DNA of 54,509 nt, filler included, from Sphacelaria rigidula (Eukaryota), in the NCBI GenBank assembly GCA_964200075.2. It is 3 parts of 3 records of this genome, joined end to end, with 100 filler letters (N's around TTAATTAATTAA, not from the genome) between each part and the next. Parts side by side here need not be neighbours in the genome. Positions count along the whole stretch, not along the records: positions 36,410 to 54,509 come from CAXNAA020000918.1; 2 more parts are not named here. One strand, given 5' to 3'. Under the pieces are notes generated by a model, which had not been told where the DNA came from, did not search any database, and was given only the letters and a program-made list of their open reading frames with translations. A program made the translations under genes and the position numbers. Shown piece after piece: positions 37,056 through 49,500 of this stretch. The number at the start of each line of letters is the position of its first letter. The first letter of the stretch is position 1.

Positions 37056-37895
37056 CTACCAGGCAACGCAACTACACGGCGGCCCATAATCATCATCTAG
37101 CAAACTGCCCGTAGCTCTTTCCCCCGACTCGGGTTCCTTTTCAGGCGGCAACGCAATCCCGAGTGTCGTCTTGTCCCTCAAAAACACGGCGGTCGCCGGC
37201 GCCAACGGCACGGTCTTGCCCCTCTTGCCGTCATCATCCAACATCCACCGCAATCGCCCCTTCGACTGCGCGTTCCTCAGCGCTCTCAAATTAGTCACCG
37301 CTCGCCTGACGAACGCCGCGGGGGGGCGAACATGATGACTCTCAACGTAGTGTGCAAACCCCTCGGGCCACACGTACACGCCATCAGTCAGCGTGCAACA
37401 TCCCATGGCGATGTTGTCCTCAACCACCACCGTCTCCATTTCTACTTCTCCCCGGCTGGTGCCGGCACATCCCGCAGGAATCGGCGTGACAACGTATCTC
37501 GGGCCAGATTCTCCGCAACCATCTCCAATCCGGCAAAACGAGTACCCCAGCTCGAAGGATTCAAGGTACCCGGATCGCAGGTACAGAGCGACCGCACGAG
37601 CCGTGACCGTCGCGCCCCACTCTTTGTCGACAAGCTGAGAGGGGTGAGGACGAGGATCCTGGGGGTCTCGTGGATCTGCCCAGAATCCTACGTCGATGAG
37701 GGAAAATGGCTCCCGTTGGTGGGGATCACGGTTGTTGTTGCTCTTGTGCCTTGTTTGTCGAGGAGAGAGCGAAGAAAAAAATACGGGGGTCGTGAAGAGG
37801 GACGGCGAACGGATTCTTGGGAACACGGAAAGGTCCTGTCGGCGGAGCGGTGTTTCGCTCTTGGTGTTCTCCTCCGTGACGAACGATGACGTCAT
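37056..37895 (-). CDS. Uncharacterised 279-aa protein, apparently intronless, with GFW..P.P..LVD..W..YLRSG..GYSFCR..LTDGVYVWPEGFAHYVESH motif
   Basis: Open from ATG 37895 to TAG 37056, globular-looking core. The LTDG.YVWPEG..HYV..H motif is recalled from bacterial hypothetical proteins (unverified). The first about 48 aa are less certain because of an acceptor-like tract near 37750. Confidence 0.75.
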   Translation of the reverse strand: MTSSFVTEENTKSETPLRRQDLSVFPRIRSPSLFTTPVFFSSLSPRQTRHKSNNNRDPHQREPFSLIDVGFWADPRDPQDPRPHPSQLVDKEWGATVTARAVALYLRSGYLESFELGYSFCRIGDGCGESGPRYVVTPIPAGCAGTSRGEVEMETVVVEDNIAMGCCTLTDGVYVWPEGFAHYVESHHVRPPAAFVRRAVTNLRALRNAQSKGRLRWMLDDDGKRGKTVPLAPATAVFLRDKTTLGIALPPEKEPESGERATGSLLDDDYGPPCSCVAW

Positions 37896-38219
37896 CTTGA
37901 CCGTGTGAAGGCCAAAACACACAGCACACAACAGCGGCGGGGTGATCGTTTTACGCTCCCTGATGGAAGTCGACGGTAACTACGGCGAAATGGGCCAGGG
38001 AAGAGGACAACGAGGAGGTTTACCACCCGGCGACGAGAACAACCCGTGTTGTATCCCCCGCGCGCGACGTCCTCCGTATGCCGTAGAGCAAAAATATGTT
38101 TGGTCTCTCGTCGGCTCCTCTGCAGATACGCGCACACGCGTCAAAGAACAAGGTCTGCGCCAATCAATCGCGGGGCAACTCACCAACCGCGGGACAATCA
38201 AATCTGCCCCACGCACCCC

Positions 38220-38504
38220 TCAGAGCCCCATCCGCGCGTGCCTCTTATCCTTCCGACGCTGAGCCGCCTCGCGCGCGCGAGCAGCCTTGGCTTCTTCGGA
38301 GTTGAAGTCTGCCTCGAACTCGTCGCCGCCGCCTTTGCCACCGGCGCTTCTTCTTCGATCGCCCCCCGAAGCGCCGCTGCCGAGGCGCTTCTTGCGCTCC
38401 AAATCCTCCAACCGTTTTTTCTCCTCGGCCTGTCTTTTCAGTGCCTCGTACTCTTGAACGTCGTCCGGGGTAAGCTCTACGAGGGTGGGTTTTCGGCGGA
38501 TCAT
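38220..38504 (-). CDS. CDC26: Anaphase-promoting complex subunit CDC26/APC12, 94 aa
   Basis: MIRRKPTLVELTPDDVQEYEALKRQ matches the CDC26 N-terminal signature MLRRKPTRLEL..DDIEEF; charged linker; C-terminal ARMGL resembles DRIGY. An acceptor (TTTCATTTTCAG, 38516-38517) 11 nt upstream of the ATG implies a 5'UTR intron. Confidence 0.92.
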   Translation of the reverse strand: MIRRKPTLVELTPDDVQEYEALKRQAEEKKRLEDLERKKRLGSGASGGDRRRSAGGKGGGDEFEADFNSEEAKAARAREAAQRRKDKRHARMGL

Positions 38505-40321
38505 AGTAAGTCTGCCTGAAAATGAAAAAAGTAAGTATCGCGGGGCGGACCGGGGCGGACCGGACCGGGTCAGGGTACACACGGGAAATTTCATGGTCCA
38601 AGATCATTTCAATATGCAGAAAACCCGCTTGATTCGCTTGATCGGGCACATGATCTCCATGCAGACAAAACAACCCCGTAGAACATGAAATTTCGAATAA
38701 ACAAGCTCCGAGGAACAATTTGCGGTATGTTGGAAGGTCAACGGAGACCTTGATTTCTGAGCGACTCGCTCCAACATAATCGGCCCGAAAAAATGCCACG
38801 CGACGATGGGAGAGGGCTCTGTGTGAGCTAATGGGGCTGTGAACAAAAAGGACGCTGAAGCCAGCAATGTTGTGTCGAGAGAGCTGTGGTAGAGGGTAGT
38901 CTAGGATCCACACCCTGGACAACAGATTACACCATCAAAAGGTGTACTGCATCCAGTATGGAATCTCTTGTATATTGCAATGGACGCAACAGTCGATACT
39001 GTACGCAGTACATTTTTCGACACATATCTCGCTCAGGGTATGCTAGGATCGGAGGCGAGCGGGCAGTGAGGAGGGCGATACCCACCCACACACGGAATAC
39101 GGTACCCTCCTGCCAGAACACATGATTAAACCCGCCACCCTCACGCTACGGTTGCCGGTAGTGATAGGGACAGAAATGCGCGCGCGGTATCCTTTCATGG
39201 CCTGTACAAGCATGGTTGCGAGGGAACAGCATCAAGACACGCTTCGAGTACTCTTTCTGGATGCTGCCTGTATGTACACCTGTACATACGAAGGATATCT
39301 TTAGTACTCCAGGGGTGACGAGTAGAACCATCAACATTCCAGCCAATTTCGGTTTCATTATACCCAAATGTTGCCGATAAGAAACTCTGGTGGCCAAGAA
39401 GCCAGCCGAGTGCGACGTACGCCATTTGGGAAGAGCTTGTTCGAGGTATATCCAATGGAAGGGATCCTCATAAAGCGCAAAACGGATGTATTGGGATTGC
39501 AGGATCTGGGTCTGCCATTCCGAGGCAGCATAGGATGAACTTGAAACTCGGCGCTTCATAACCCGTCGCCTACGGCACAGCTGATGACTTTATTTTTCTA
39601 TCGAGTAGGTCTGGCAAAAATGATCCATGTAACGACATAGCTTGAGGCTTGGTGCATGTGATGCCCTAGCTTAGCACCGAGAAGAGGGGCTCTCTCTCTA
39701 AACGGTGTACAGTAACGCCTGTGCGATTGCAGGAGCCGCTGTCGCTTGCAGCGATCGCTGTTCACGGTCGCCCAATTGATCGTACGATCGCCGGTCATGA
39801 CCAAGCCTCGAGTGTGATCGAAAATGGCGAAACTATGATTTGCCTCATGATACCAAAAACGGGCAAAGAAGATCAAAGATCGTTAGAAGACACGTAGCTT
39901 TTGCTCATCTCCAGACCCATGGTATCACGGAGAGCAACGAAGACACTCAATTCACATCATCACACTGAGCGGCTCTGTAACCCTTTGAGGTTCCCAGAAG
40001 TTGGGACGTGGCGTACAGGGTCTGTACGGGTACTGACGGCACTGACATTACGATGGCCTTCATCGAGGATCCAGGATATGGCCAGCCTGGCCGATCAGGG
40101 TACCGTTGAAGCGTCTACGAGCTGGGCCAGCAGTGAATTCCGCACTCACTTTCCACACCACAACTTCTCAAGTTTCCCAAATTCAGCGCGACTTGAGCAT
40201 ATCGCTGTGAGCTGCAGACCAACCTCGTACCGCACGGCACCGCCACTGAATGAATAAAAAAATCGAAAAACTAGTGTACTGCATAACACATGACCTTGAC
40301 GACAGACGAAACAAAAGAGAA

Positions 40322-40405
40322 TCTATTGGGATTCGAACTCATGACCTCCATAACTGGAGTCTCCTGTATCACTTGGATTGAAGGGGCGCGACCGTGTCAC
40401 ACGCG
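40322..40405 (-). repeat. tRNA-derived (SINE-like) fragment
   Basis: Minus strand GGAGGTCATGAGTTCGAATCCCA resembles a variable loop plus T-arm/B box; no convincing A box or cloverleaf. Confidence 0.35.
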
Positions 40406-40994
40406 AAGTGCGATGCGGCGTCCAATTTGAGGTATTTTTGACCGAAACGTTACCATGATGTCCTGGACGCGGGTGCCCACAACAATGTTTGGAGTGCAGC
40501 CGATTTTATCCATTTTTCACGGAGGTATCGCGTTTTCGCTGTTTTGCTCCAACTTCAACTCGCTCCAACTTCTTTTTTTTTTCCTTCTTTTCCTCTGCAC
40601 CCCCAATAGGGTTGCGCGTGTTGATGATAAAAAATGTTGTGTCAAAATTTCAGCGCCCAACTCTTCGAATTACCAATCGCATCGCCATTTTTGATTCAAA
40701 AATCCTTGTCAGCTGGCCCAGCTCGTACGGAGACGGGGAGTTTTTGTGAGGCGATTTTCCTCGTACGATCTTTCAAAACAACGAACCACGTTTCCGCGAT
40801 ATGTTGCCGGCATTCAGCACAATCCCAACGACGAAAGTTCAACATATGCCCACATCAATACTGGTTGCCGGCCATGTACTGGGATCATTTTGCTTTGGAT
40901 GATGCTCCTGTCGATCACAACCGCGTCCTGGCTATCTATCGTGACTGGCAAGAGCGGTGTATCTTTTCCGTACGCCCCGCACCCCAAGATAAGA

Positions 40995-40997
<3 letters not shown>

Positions 40998-41027
<30 letters not shown>
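40998..41027. repeat. (GA)n microsatellite
   Basis: About 15 AG units. Confidence 0.95.
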
Positions 41028-41031
<4 letters not shown>

Positions 41032-42457
41032 GATACAAAAGCGCGAGCAGCCGAACCCAACTACACGGTGTTCTCTCTAGTACGGCCTCATGTGACCGTT
41101 ACCCAATTCGTCTCTAGGTGTATACCGAGCACTCCCAGCTGACGGCATACATGTGCATCAGCGTTGTTACTCCTGACAAGGATATAATCGTACTGCCTGT
41201 GCTAGTCGTACCCTACATATTTAGTGCCTTTTTGCAGCTCCGCTACTGCATTGCGCAGCAACAACCCGAGGAGCACATAGCCTCGGCGACAAGCCAAAAC
41301 ATTGAAATGGTGTTGAGCGCTCCACGGTAAGTCAAGTTTGAGCTACACGCGATATGAAGATGGCTGGATTTAGTGAGATATTCTCAGAGCGACCTGTACC
41401 CATAATTTTGGAGCAGAAGTAAACGGTGCAGCCTGGTGCAGATGATCGAGTAGTACGACTGAACACGCCTTTGCTGACGGGTGTGAACCACAATTGTGTA
41501 ACCTTTTTCTGTGCTGCGGTCAATGTCCTATGCCGTGGAGAGAGGACGCCTCTCTCATGCAATCATTCCAATACAGCATCTATACATATTCGAAAATCGC
41601 TCAAGAGAAAGGAAACCGCGCAAAACGCTCATGACACACCGAAAAATACAGATGACGAGGTATCCGTCAAATCTACATGATCGTAAGGGAGCCATTTACT
41701 TGTAATCAGAGTGACCACAGACGGACCTCTCGTGCCACCACAGGGTTCAAGCAAAGGTCTGTAACGTACGCCCAACACTATATTTGCCCAGTATCTCGGC
41801 GCAGCAGCTGGTTTGTGGTGCATGACCTTGTCCGCACTTTTTACAGCTTAGACGAGAGCACTATAATAGAGATTGGGCAACAGTGCAATGCAAACAGTAG
41901 TTTGACGTGTGGGGTGGGCCGGTGGCTGATACAAGACAGTACAGCCCAACGCTCGTGCTGTACGTCGACTGACTTGCACGTGATTGACTGACATATCTTC
42001 TCGCTCTTTTCACAACCAATCCAAGACACCTCGACAGAAGCGAAAAAGTCACCCAACCGTCCACGGCGTGCAGTGGATACCTTCCACCAACGGAGACATG
42101 CCAACAAGGGCGGAACAACTCCAGTCACATCGTTATTTTCCTCAAGTAGCATGTTCCATAAAACGATCATTTCTCCTTCATAAAAGTTTATATCCGACGT
42201 GGTGGCAAAGAGATGTGAGGCATTTTGCGCTGAAAGGGTTGACCCCTTGAGCGCCTATTCGAATTGTTCCGAGTATCCAGTACAAAATATAAGCTTTTCC
42301 TTCTTATGCTTTCATATGATTCGTGTAGGTTATGCGTTCTTGTTTTTGGTCTTGCACACTGAACTCATGTAATTGTAACGCCTCGGTGGGGTTTCCGCTT
42401 TGAAATGATCCCCTCATGAACAAGACGCGTAAGAAGCAAGAGCCTAACAGAAGGCTG

Positions 42458-42566
42458 TTAACCCCTAGACCGCCATGCGGGTAGTCAATCTGGATCGAAC
42501 ATACTTTTTCCAAGTGAAATTGATGCCGATTCAGCAAGTGACGAACCCTCGCGGTCAAAGGATTAA
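42458..42566 (+). mobile_element. piggyBac-like mini-MITE, copy 3
   Basis: TTAA|CCCCTAGACCGC...GCGGTCAAAGGA|TTAA; interior aligns with 18701-18806. Confidence 0.75.
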
Positions 42567-43556
42567 AGCACACAAGGAGAAGTACTGTCGCAAAGTAATC
42601 GCCACCTGTCTCCTCTTGGTCGCCAAAATAAGTGCACCCCCCCAAAAAAAGCAGAAGGCCCAATCGTGCTCCTCGCTGGACAGCGATCGCGGTGGAAGAG
42701 TACTGTCTGTAACAGACAACAGAGAGAGAGAGCGAAACTACTGATCCGAAACGAGGCCTCGGGCAGTACATACAAAGAGCGATCCAGGAGATATTGACGG
42801 AGTGATTGGATTGTGAACGCGTCAACACCCCGACAGGAAAACACTGAGCGACAGGCACTAAGTCGCTTTACGGGTTCGGTGCTATTGGAAGCCTGTTTTC
42901 CAGTCCATGGGTAACTCTTCATCCGCAAGTACATTCATACTTCAGCCATCGCGCAGAAGACACCGTGGAGGCAGCGCCTCAACACTCACTTGGGGGTCAA
43001 GTTGCTCAGTACAGTGTAGTACCGAACCGTACAACAGTACTGAACGTTTTATGTCGTGTACATCACTGAAATCCGATGAAGTATCCATTCTTTGTAGACT
43101 TGTCTCAAGCACAACATTAAAACTGACCTTCCACCTCACTCAGTGTAGAGCAAGCACCTCATGCACAGCACACACCTTAGCCAGCAGCACACCGGTCTGG
43201 ACTTTGGTTTCCTTGCCGCAGTGAAACACGTACATTTCACGTCATTATAAAATTCATCCGCAGGAGATTATGCCGTTTTCCAAAATAGATATACCTGATC
43301 TCCGGGGGGTGTCGCCGGCGCACACCGCCCCTCTAGTTCATTCGTGTCGCCCTCAGCGTGTGTAGCACCGTAGATTTTTATCGATTGACCCTAACTCTGT
43401 TGGATGGGTTGCCCACCCAAAGTTGCATGCTGTAGCACAGGCATCGCAAGCCACGGTTGCGTCGTGTGACTACTGCACAGCCTACGGAACTACTATACAA
43501 CAGCTGTCTTCGCAAATCGAAGCGCGCGAATCTTGGTGCTGTGCCTGTGGGGCAAA

Positions 43557-46500
43557 ATGGGCTCCAGTCGCTCGCCCGGGCGGAGACGGTATCCCAGCAA
43601 CATTGTGCGTCTTCAGAGGCGCTGGAAGAACAAAAACGATTTGCATCGAGTATACAACCGAAGAACCGAAAGGAGTGCATGTTTCTGGTGCATTACGCTG
43701 CTTCTGGTGGTTGTAGTCGCGGTCATAATCTGCGCGCCGTATCTCGTCCTCGGGCCACACGTGGTTATCTCGGTGAGAGTGCGATCTAGTACTGCGTGCA
43801 CAGAAGGATTGGAGGCGGTGTGTGCACTTTGGGAGAGGTACCACTGACTGATGTCGCGATAGCCCCTCCCAGACAAATGGCTGGTTTGAGGAGGCAGCAT
43901 CTACATGTGAATCAAAATGAAAAAAACGAGCACACCGAGCAGCTGGCGGGAACTCCCACGCTTGCTTGCGTCGGATCGTTTTCGCCGATCAATGTCGCCC
44001 GTAGAAGGAGCTTCATTCAGTCTGAACCCAGTGGTCATGCGCGCGATTGTGGAACATATTTTTTTGCGACGGCTTTGGGGCTGGTTTGTGGGGGGGCTAT
44101 CGCGGCATTGCTCCACTGTAGGGATTTTTGCTCGGGTTTGAATAGGAGCCCTTTAAGTCATACAAAAATACGACTTCTGAAATATTCTCCGTATTATGTA
44201 TAATATTATGTGGAAGCACGCCACGATTAGTATCACCAATTATGTGCTATTTCGGGGATATTTTGAATTAACTCTCAAATGACAATGTCGTTGACCATTC
44301 TTGTTCATAACTGTAGGATCCGTTAGATGAGAAACATCTACCCAGATGATGCCATGGTAGGGTTGCACTTCTAGGCCGAATGTTGCCCAAGGTTGCACCC
44401 GTGGGCCAAGATGTTTCTCATTGAAGCACCCCGGAAGTTAGGAGACTGAGACCCTAGCGTGGCACCACCACTCTAGCTCCAAATGTGTGCAACCCCTACC
44501 GCGGCAAGTCTTGTTTGTTCTGCAGTTTATGTGCATTCATTGCTGCTGCTGCTGCTGCCGCCGCTGCTGCTGTTGTTGCTGCTGCCCATTACATTTTGCG
44601 GTTTATGTCCGTATCATTCCAAGTATGTGTACGTACTAAGGCACACATCGCATTAATAACAAAGTACAGTAGTAGTAGTATCCCAAGTTAGCGCATCATA
44701 ATACGATACCCAAGATGCTCACGGCACGTGTATGACTGGCCGGTGGTTTGTGCTGAATCGTTGGGTAACCAACTGCGACTTACTCGACTTAGTGGCTAGA
44801 ATGGGACCGTCCACTTTTGCACTGACCAGAGAGAGTATGTATAATGCGGAATGGCGTAGTGCCCCTGCCTGGCAGATTCAGAACGACGATTCAAGCTTCC
44901 GCCGAAATGCCAACAAATAAAAAACAGTAAATAATCATGAGTTAATTCTCAATACTGCCCGAGTCGGGTTTTTTTTTCGCGAATGACTATCGATTACCCT
45001 TTAAAAAGCATGTGTACAGGTAAGTAAGTGGGTCCAGGTCAACATTATCGACGTTGGTGAATTGATGAAGGCTATAGGCTGTTTTCATCCGCGCGCAGCG
45101 AAATGCTGCAAGTACCCGCCGTAGAGTTGTACGAAATTGCTTTGTTGCTGTCACATACACACACATTAACACACTCAAAACAAGCTAATCAATTCTCAGG
45201 TTGACATCTCTAGGAGACAAGGGCCAGGTACGACAGTGGGTGCCGCTCCCTCCGCATCTCCTAGTAAAGTTGGTGCAAGCTCTGCTGCCCCTCGCAACAT
45301 TGACAAGAACGTCGGCCGTAACATTCTTCAGCCGAAGCTGGGGATTCTAGACCAACTCTTCTCGCGCATCGGCGCCATGCACTCTCAGTCCACCGACGCA
45401 CCTCCCAAACACGAACCGTTATCAGGTGAAGAACACGTAATGCTGGTTGGTGAGTCGTAGGCAAACACAAACACACTACATGCTTCCAGCGCAGCTAGGA
45501 AGTCATCCCACCGTATGGGTTGCATCATTGGGCCCAGGTGTTTCTTTTTGAGGAGCTACACAACAGTATGGGTCAGGACATTCCCGTTGCAATATTCGTT
45601 CGGGATATCTCTCGCCCGTTGGAATGCTAATCGTGGCATGCTCTCACTTGTTTCATAGGGTATTTTTCGGATTGAACACTCCTAACAAATCAAATATATA
45701 TGATAAATACTTTGTGCACCCCTACCATGGTACCACTGGAGGCTAGTTTTATATTCGTATGCATCTTGTGACCACGGCTAGATCCCTGGGGTCAGTTAAT
45801 GTGCGGGAACTAATCGATTGATGAATCAAACGCATATGTCGCTTCAGGGAGGTGTAATTATTCATCTTCCTCTCAAAAACAACCTTCAGGAGCTGCGGCG
45901 GTGAATCAACCACCACCAGAAGGTGTTGTTGTCGCAGAGAGAGCAACAGGTCTCGATCAACGAGGTGAAGATTATGGAGGTGAATCGCTCAGCAGCAACA
46001 GAGGGAGGGTGCACTCATGTTTGCATGCGCATGTTCTGTTTCTTTCATTGCCATATCTGCCGAAGGACCAGGATTGTTTCCTCAGTACGGGGATCATCGC
46101 CGGCCCACAGCTCATTCGCACTTTACCGATCGTATCTTGTTAGTTTTGATTATCTTATCTACAGTTGGAGCTACACGGGGGTGAAACGGACATTTTTTTC
46201 ATTGGAATGTGCACCCGAGAATGGTGCTCTGTAAATATCCCCCGTGCGACTCGAAGCTTTTAAGTATCCTACAGCGTTGTTCTGCTACAAAGCAACACCG
46301 GATAGCGTAGGTAGGTGCGGAGTGATGACAGCATTGGTGTTCTCTGGGATAGAGGGAAGACAGTCGTACACGAGGAAGAAATCATACAACTGAAAGAACA
46401 ACCTGGATGGCCGCTTCATCACCGCACTGTGTCGCTAAACGAACTCAGGCATTCAAGAACAGAGTGATAGTCTACCTCCGGTCGGCATGCGCGACCTATG

Positions 46501-49500
46501 CCTTGGCACCGCTGTGGGTGTCACCGACGTCCAACTGGTGACGTTCGCTGCTTCCTTCCGAGAGGTCGCACCCACGGCGGATTTGGTGCTGTTTGTGGAT
46601 GGTCGGGATGATGGAGGAGGGCGGCGTAATGATATCATCCAAAAGTAAGTCTTGAGACTGCAAGGAATTGAACGAACAGGAACTTCAAGCCTGTACAAAG
46701 TCACACTACACCGCGCACCATCCGCACTCGCAATTTGACGCCCGAGGCCCCCTGGGGTAAACACGTGCCTCTTTAGTTGCTGACCCTTTGATTTCACAGT
46801 CCTCTTCTTTGGTGAGGTATACAGTACATGCTTCACCTCCTTCGCGTTGAGTCCACTGCCTTGTGATCCCGAGGTCCGAGCAAGGTTTATTCTCATCAAA
46901 GTCTCCCGTGTTTTTTTCTGGGGGAGACAGGTATGGCATAGTGGCTCTAAAGCTCCACACCGACGAGTTAATCCCAGATGTGCTACGACGCTACCACCCG
47001 TCCTCCTGCCGATGGGTTTTTGCTCAGCGCTTCCTGGACGCGCGAGGCTCCGACTACGCTCGCGTAATTATGGTCGACGTTGGCGACACCTTGTTCCAGG
47101 CAAATCCGTACGACATTGTGGGCGATCCAGGTGGACAATAACACTCACTGAACCGTTCATATATACGCTTGTCGCTCTTTTACCCCCCTCCCCCCCCTCC
47201 ACAGGACCGGGATAAGATATGTGAAATGTTTTTTGTGTAATGCATGGAGGAAACGGAGTGAGCGCCGGAATGTTGAAGGTGGCTCTACTAGGAGCAGGAA
47301 TGGTGCTCCGTATCGAAAGGGATGCGTGGTGTGACGAAAATACGCCATTACTTTGAGTTGGTAATGATGATGTGGATAATGACTAGGGGCACGGGGACTC
47401 TCGAGGGTTCTGGATAATGACCAGGGACACAGAGATGGTGCTGCGAGTCTAGAAAAGCTGGTGCCTTGGAAAGTCACCGCATGATCATGAAATGTTGTGA
47501 AGGCTGACAACTGAAACTGGGGCCAGTAATACTGAGGAGTCCCTTAACAGCAGTGATCCACCAGTCCTTCTTCTGGCTGGCGTCACAGTGGTCAGTGGTC
47601 AAACGACTAAGGCAAGCAACAAATGAGTACGCCCCCCTCCCCCCTCCTCTTCCCGCCACGCAAGTCCTTAGTCTAAAGGAAATTAGCCGTGTTCCCCCTG
47701 GTTGTCTTGGATGATGGAGGAATAGGCCAGCGCTCCCGCAGTCCATCAATTTTCGTCGAATTCAAGTGTTCATCTTTGCGCGATAAACCGCGAACGGGGT
47801 CCTGTCTCCGTTGGCAGAAGAGTATCACTGCGTTGGATAAGCTGTGAAACCGGCTGTGTAAGGTAACGTCAAGACTCGGCTAGGAGTTAAGTGGAAGTCT
47901 TGATGCTTCCGACGACACAGCTTGACAAAGGCTCTTGAGAATTTACGCCGATGATCGTACCAGCTTCCACACGTGCTTGATGCAGCGCTGTTCTAAGCCT
48001 AACATTGGCAATGCTTCTGTTTATGGCGAAACATTGCACAGGTTTATTCGGTAATAATAGCAGAAGACCCGATCTTTTTTGGCTTTGCCCTGAAGGGTAT
48101 ATGGGCGCGATATGCGGAAAATTTGAGCTACCACCGAACGGTACATCCGAGTTTACTTTTTACCACTGCGAGGGTGTGAGCTATCGCGGTACCCAAACTT
48201 TGTACCGTGAGAGATTACCGCGAAGAGCAGCCAGGGAGCAGCAGACAAATCATCCTCAATTTCTGTAGAAAAAATATCGAAATGATCAAGAAAAGTTTCC
48301 AGAAGTCTAACAACGATCAAACTGTTTTCCCACGAGCCGCATTTTTTTTCGTCGTTGTCAAGACGCCAACAGCCAACAACAGCCCCCCCCTCCCCTCCCC
48401 AAATACCATTCGTCGACACACTGCGAACGAACAGGACTGTACGCCTTTGTCGGAGAACAGTCCTTAGGACAGTCCCCGCTCATTTCCGCTGTCATCAACG
48501 ACTGCCTCGGTGGGCCCTCGGTCGTGTCACAAATGTCCGAACTTCCCAACACGTTCTCTGGGGTAACCATTGCCACCATTGCCCAAGCGACAACCTACGC
48601 CCGAGAAATGTCAACGGCCTTGCTCTCTGCAGCGTTTCAGAAATGCGAGAGAGGGGGGGTCGATCAGGGTCTGCACAACTATCTGCTCCACTCGGGTGTG
48701 GTGGGAGACGTGCTGAGATTTGATCTAACGTCTGGACCGCTTGTAGATATGCAGGTGAGATCTAAAACTCGGGGCGCGGAGAGGTAGGTGAAGCGAGGCG
48801 GAGGGAGGGGCAGGGGCGGGGAAGGTTGAAAGCAACTGGCAAAGGGTCGAGCGGATGTCTCGAGGAGTTAACCACATTACACACGGATGTGACAGAATGT
48901 GCGGGGTTTATTTTCGTCATGCTGGTGAATGCATTCATAATCACTTGCTCTCTCTTGCCGTACCCGGGGGTACCGGAGACCTGACGTTGTAGGGTAAGAC
49001 GACTTGGTATTAACTAATGCTGGCGCGTAGCTCGGAAAATAGGATGTCTGAATACGTGGTCCACTTCCACGTACGCTGCTGTCTGTGGTTGTTGTTGTTG
49101 GAAAGGTCACAGCAGTGCAGCGGTGTGACCGTACGTGAGATGGTAAACAATCAGTTTCTTCCATATCTACCTTCGGTCTTGTTAGTCTCCGGGTTGACAA
49201 ACTCCGAGATTTCAATACCTGGACATGCAATGCCTGCCTTTTGCGGTATTGTGGCGGTAGATGCAACGTTTCCGCTCTAGGGTCAAGATGTGCAGCACCT
49301 ATCGTAGCATGCGCAGCACCTATCGTAGCATGAATTTCCGCCAGCAGTTGTACCGCGTATAATTCCCCTTCCCCCTGAATAACCGGTTCCGATTCGGCGT
49401 GAAAATTGAGTCACAAGACGCTCGCCGAAAGGTGAGATGTGAACTTCCCCTGTAGTCCACATAGGGGCGGCACGGTCTCGTGTCCCGGCGGCAAAAAATG

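Noticed and set aside
38600-43500. Numerous 60-225 aa ORFs in the intergenic region
   Set aside because: No recognisable motifs or consistent exon chain; expected by chance at about 50% GC with alternative start codons.
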